Assembly: GCA_032718475.1 (NCBI GenBank)
Contig: JAUCBJ010007408.1
Coordinates: 13,654-77,653, forward strand
Length of the DNA stretch: 64,000 nt
Source: Nemertoderma westbladi
Taxonomy: Eukaryota > Animalia > Xenacoelomorpha
Direction: 5' to 3'
Each line of letters opens with the position of its first letter. Within the stretch, counting starts at the first letter, position 1. Made by a program: the position numbers and the translations under genes. This document shows positions 58,938 through 64,000 of this stretch, in pieces. The notes under the pieces are model-generated. The model was not told the origin of the DNA, ran no database searches, and saw only the letters and a program-made list of their open reading frames with translations.

Positions 58938-58942
58938 GGGGG

Positions 58943-61091
58943 TGGTGGTATACTCCTTTGTATATTTACTAATTTATCGCGTTCTAACGCGATACTCTGC
59001 TGCACTTCTTGCAACTCTAACCTACTTTCCCTTACTGTTCCCTTGAACTGTTGAACAGTCTCCTGCATCCGCCCGAGCAGGAGATCCATCCCCCGCCGTC
59101 CCTCATCCACCCACTCGACCGCCGAAGCGGGAGCCGCCAACATAGTAGTGGGTAGACGAGGGACAACGGGCGACAAATCGTTGACTTGCTCGGCGTCCAG
59201 GACTGGGGCGGACTCAGGGCCTATTCTACTGGGTACAGGTAGTTTAGTACTGTGCAAAGGAATTTAGAGTTAGGTTCTGGAAGTACAGGGGTCTCTATCA
59301 CAGAGGGAGTGGCTTCGAGAACAGGCCTAATTATTTCAAGCTCATCTACTATAGTAGGGAGTCTTTCTTCCCTAATAATTTGGTCTGTAGGCGCAGGATT
59401 ACTCAAATCTACACTAGCTAGTTGCCTTCTCACGGCTGGAGGCAAATTAGGCAATTTCTGATGATGGGGAGTTCTTCTACGTCTGCTGGAATGAGATCTA
59501 TTTCCTCCGCCTTCAAGATCTGTTGTATCGCCTTCATCAGATGATGTAAATCCCTGTCTCTTGGGAGTAGATCGTCTTATCATCTGCATGTGAGTAGCTG
59601 TTCTCTGTTTATTTAAGTAGTCTTGCTTCTCTTGAATATTTTCCAACTCTAGTTGGGCTGTCTCTTCAGACGCCCTCCGTTCTGCTTCTGCCACTGCTAC
59701 CTTTCTTTCCGCTTCTGCCGCTTTTCTTTCCGCTTCTGCAGCTGCCACTGCCGCTTTTCTTTCCACTTCTGCTGCTGCCACTGCCGCTTTTCTTTCCACT
59801 TCTGCCGCTGCCACTGCCGCTTTTCTTTCCGCTTCCGCCGCTTTTCTTTCAGCCTCTGACTCTGCCGCTGCCGCTGCTGCTGTCTTTCTGTCTTCTATAC
59901 GTTTTTTCTTTACCTGTTCTTCTTGGACCCTAGCGATGCGGCTGCTTTCATCAAATTTAGCTTGGTTCGCAGCGAACATTTCCGCATCTAATGCGTCCAA
60001 CACAAACTTGGCTCCTTCACTATTAGGGCGAAGTCCAGCCATCCGTCTCCTCAACTCTTCGTCCCTATAAATCGTTGATAGTCCGACAGATAGATGTCAA
60101 TAGCATCCTTCTTCTGAGGTTTCTCCAATGTCGCTTCGCTTTCCACTTGAGAAAAGGTAGCGTCTGTTGATTCTCCGTGGGTTGAGCGCTCAGTTAGCTG
60201 AATTTTCCATTGGGATGTGCCTTGGACTTTAAGACTCACCCGTTGGAACCAATTCTTTACGGCAACTTGCAATGACGTGTCTTGACTTCTCTTCGAGGCT
60301 TCCTCAAAGGCCGAAAGGATTAGTCTAATTCTTAGAATTCGTTCTCGAACTTCATATAGCAGCTCTCCCTTCTCTTGAGGTCCTTGGGGTTGTTGAAACA
60401 GTTGTTCCCCTAATCGCTCCAAAGAGCTGAAGAATCCCTGTACATATCCTGCTGCCGACCTCTTCCACACAGCTGGATCTCTAGTGTCCTTTACCACTCC
60501 CATCCTGTATAAGTCCTCCCAGGCAGCTTCCGATAAGTTAAACGGGACTCCGGGTCCGGGGAAGTTCCATTGCGTCTCGACAATAGACTTCAGTTCCTCC
60601 TTCGTGTATCCCGCATAACTGTCCTTGGTTGATCGCTTACTTCTCGCCCAATCAATTTGATGTTCCTCCACCGCAATCAATACTCTAGTGAGTACGGCTT
60701 CAGGAAGAATGAGAAGTGGATCCGAATAAACTGCATCTGCCATCTTTGCTTCGCGCTCAGGTGGCAACTCTACAGTATCTGAACTACTGGAGCTGTCGGG
60801 CCGCTGAGAAATAAGTTCTCGGCTCGGGTGTTGCTGCGGTTTAACAGCTGCCTCTTGGTCCCGCTTGACTTGAGCCCTAGTACCTATGACAGACCTACGG
60901 CGCTTCACTAGCTTCGCAAATTGCGAAATTGCTTCTACTAACCTAGGTTCTGACACAACTACTGTAGGGGTTGCATTTCTTACAGTAGGAAGGGTCTCAG
61001 ACCTCGGTCTGGGATTCTCTATACTCCTATCTGAGAAACAGACTATCTTTTCTAGGAGACTATCTGACAGAGTTTGCTTTGTGTCAGCCAT
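58943..61091 (-). pseudogene. BEL-C gag N-terminal region (coiled coil, AEAERKA repeats), frameshifted
   Basis: ORFs 60051-61091, 59221-60054 and 58913-59257 are collinear and continue at 53671 across the Gypsy. Confidence 0.75.
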
Positions 61092-61225
61092 GTTTGATTG
61101 TACAGTTGAATGCCTACTACTATAATGACAGTTAAAGCAAGTCTAGTAATTCAGTATCAACTGTTAGCCTAGTAATTAATTACCGATATCGTTACTCGAT
61201 GTAACGCGATATATATAATATATTA

Positions 61226-61480
61226 GAATACCGGTATACACTTATAGTATATATATAAGTATTATTACAGACTAGGGTTTGTCACAGAATACCGGTATAT
61301 AATTTCAGCACAAATATATATAAATATATAATAAGCCTACCGTGAATACCGGTATACAGCATACACCTATAGTATATATAAGTATAATTATAGACTAGAA
61401 TTAATTACAGAATACCGGTATATAATTTCAGCTTAAATTTATAGAAATAAATATAATAAGCCTATCGTAAATACCGGTAT
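61226..61480. repeat. About 120-bp tandem duplication in the BEL-C 5' UTR
   Basis: gaataccggtatac...gaataccggtatataatttcagc...ataagcct present twice. Confidence 0.8.
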
Positions 61481-63100
61481 GTCAATTATTTTATAATAAC
61501 TGAATTTCTGAATTTTAGGGTTACTTTACGTTACTTTATTATCGTTATTTAAGCAGTAGTCCAACTGATATTAAGACCTAATTGATGGATGACAGGCCTA
61601 CTATTTTATAAATCGGTTTGAGTTGATTTATAATATATATATACCCGTTTAATGGGTTTTTGTTACAATATTTGAAATAAATGTTATTATTTCTAGGTAA
61701 GGAGTCACTTCACAGAAGCTGAACGCTCTCAGTGGAGTGCTACTTATTGGACACTAAAACAAATAATTCTAATTTACTAAGTTACTTATTACTACAAATT
61801 ACGTACAATTACTGGGTGAGATTATAATCTCTAAATAAACACAAAAATTACACGTACAAATTTTAGGGTAATTTTACAGGAAATCTACAAACCAGCCTAA
61901 CAAGGAGTTAGAATTTCTGGTTCTTACAAACTGACAGGATACTACGGTATTTGAAAATAATAAAGCAGTAGTAAATATATTGCGTTGTCTAGATAAGAAA
62001 ATACCACCGTCTGACGACTTATAGTCTCTAGCTTTACAGCTCTATAAGTACTACGTTATGTACCCGGAATGTCCCTACCTAGAAGTTAATTACCGAAGCC
62101 TACCAGAGCTAACATGCCTATTAACCACTTTACAACACAAATATACTGCCTACACACTAATTACCTTCGGAAAGTATTGTACGCTAAACCCTAAATTAGG
62201 TACAAGTACTTATACAACAAATAACCAGCAGTTAAAAATACTTGTACAGCTAAAAGAACCACGGTATCTACTGGAGTGACTAGAGCATAAAATCACCAGT
62301 CTTTACCTACGCCAAACAGCCCTGATGTAGTACCGGGGTTAATTTAACTATAACGGTATGTATAACAAGCACAATTACTGTAGGAATAAACTTGGGGTTG
62401 TGTATGTTGCGAATAATCGCATAAACTCTGAATAATAAATATTACGCTACCCGTACAGACTACACAAACAAAATACAAACCAAATGCTGACAGACTACTA
62501 TCAAGCCTAAATAAACTACAGTATATGCAGACTCCGAAATGGTTAGTTAGTAGGTGTTCTAACCGAGTAGTACGACTTATTTTTTCGGGGGGGGGGGGGG
62601 GGGGATTTACCTTATGCCCCCACCTTCCTAACTAGTACTTTATTGGACATACACTCTACACACACTGCAATCTCTTCAGACCTAACAACAGCCAGACAAC
62701 AATCCAGCCTACAAATTATTTGTACAATTTGAGCGGGCTTACACGCCTTCTGCTTAATATTACACTTACAGATAAATAAAACTGACAAGAGATAAGTAAA
62801 ATCCCAATAAAAAACCAGGCGTCCCCGATTAAATATCAAGACCTACCAGTATATAATTATCAAAATCGAATAATACTGCTGTACCTGTAAGTACCGGTTC
62901 GGGCAGTTGGGCAGTTAGGCCTACAGCTTACCGTTCGACCGGTACCTTCGACTTTATTGCCTACGGTGCAATAAAGAATCTAAAAATCTATTATTGTTCT
63001 TACCAGAACAATAGACAAAATATTTATTGCCTACGCTGCAATCAGAAACAAAACTATTAATGTTCTTACCAGAACATTAGACAATTTGTAAAACTATTAA

Positions 63101-63965
63101 TGTTCGCGCTTTTAGACCTTTAGCAGTTTAACCTGCCAATTTTAATTGTCTTTTTTGTATTTCAAAAATCACTGCGCACTGATCTGCTGACCGTCACTGA
63201 ATTTGATCATATATAAGGAGGATCGCAACTGACACATGTAGGGATTATGAAATAGCATTCAATTCACACAAAAACCACTATAATGTAAGTCGCAGTTGCT
63301 ACCGGTAAACCTGTTCCTCTAACCTTTAGTAATCAAAGAGATTGAGGGTTTTATGATTATTCATCGGTATTCTCCAAATATATCAGCAATATATACCAAC
63401 ATAACACCAATTAATAACAGAATCAAATAATGCGGTGAACAGTCAGTATGTGTAGTTGAATCGCGTTGCGTAGTGCCACAGTGTGGCGATTCAGATATGA
63501 AGTATGATTCAGCAATGATTCAGTAGTTGAATTGTTAATAGTTTTACGTTCTTTTAATCAAAGCCATCTGATGTTTCTGATGTTTAGGTCAAAGTCTGAA
63601 ACTTCCACAGAAGTACAGAAGAATCCTAAGCCGGTGTTCTGGGCTTAGAAAAGATACACACTGACTGAATTGCGTGAGTTTCTGTAGGCACTGTCCAACA
63701 CAAAGTGAAAATCGCTCTGATTGGCTGAGCCGAACAAAGAACAAAGAGAGATTCAGGTTCCGCGTTGGCAGTAAATCAGCTGACAGATTGCGTCATCTGA
63801 GTCATCTTTTAGAGTATTAAGCGAATTGCGGAAAAATGGCTAGTTATGTCCGCTAAAGCACGCATACAGACATAACGGGTAAAAATGGCTTGTTATGTCC
63901 GCTAAAAGCACCTACACGGTACATTGCGGAGAAAATGACTGGTTATATCCGCAAAAGCTTTTACA
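63101..63965 (-). repeat. 5' LTR of BEL-C (865 bp; lacks ~330 bp present in the 3' LTR)
   Basis: Matches 46284-46342 and 46676-47470. Confidence 0.95.
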
Positions 63966-64000
63966 GAAAGTTTTTACGTAGAACTAATGTTCAAATAGCT

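Larger units (their letters stand above)
46284..63965 (-). mobile_element. BEL/Pao element C, both LTRs, RT and integrase deleted, Gypsy nested inside
   Basis: LTRs 46284-47470 and 63101-63965; 5-bp TSD GAAAG (46279-46283 / 63966-63970); PPT-like gggagcgg next to the 3' LTR. Confidence 0.95.

Overview
Eukaryotic, probably invertebrate, DNA made almost entirely of nested mobile elements; I found no host gene. The centrepiece is a 19.7-kb Polinton/Maverick (6684-26363) with 128-bp AGTAGT terminal inverted repeats. It encodes a packaging ATPase, integrase, two pentons, a major capsid protein, core proteins and a frameshifted protein-primed PolB. Its accessory genes are unusual: a TBP-like protein, a PC4-like protein, a RING protein and a DEDD/Maelstrom-like nuclease. 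It has no adenain protease and no target-site duplication, and it sits inside a degenerate unit of a TATAAAAG repeat array. Four BEL/Pao LTR elements surround it: A (1-6256, runs off the left edge), B (about 26400-40500, decayed), A2 (40526-45648, TSD CTAAA) and C (46284-63965, TSD GAAAG). A Mag-type Gypsy (53677-58937, TSD GGGGG) is nested in C; there are also LINE fragments, a tRNA-derived SINE and non-autonomous DNA transposons. The BEL elements carry extra ORFs in the env position, including a DEDDy 3'-5' exonuclease and a shared Zn-knuckle protein family. All protein assignments are by eye from motifs; no database search was run.
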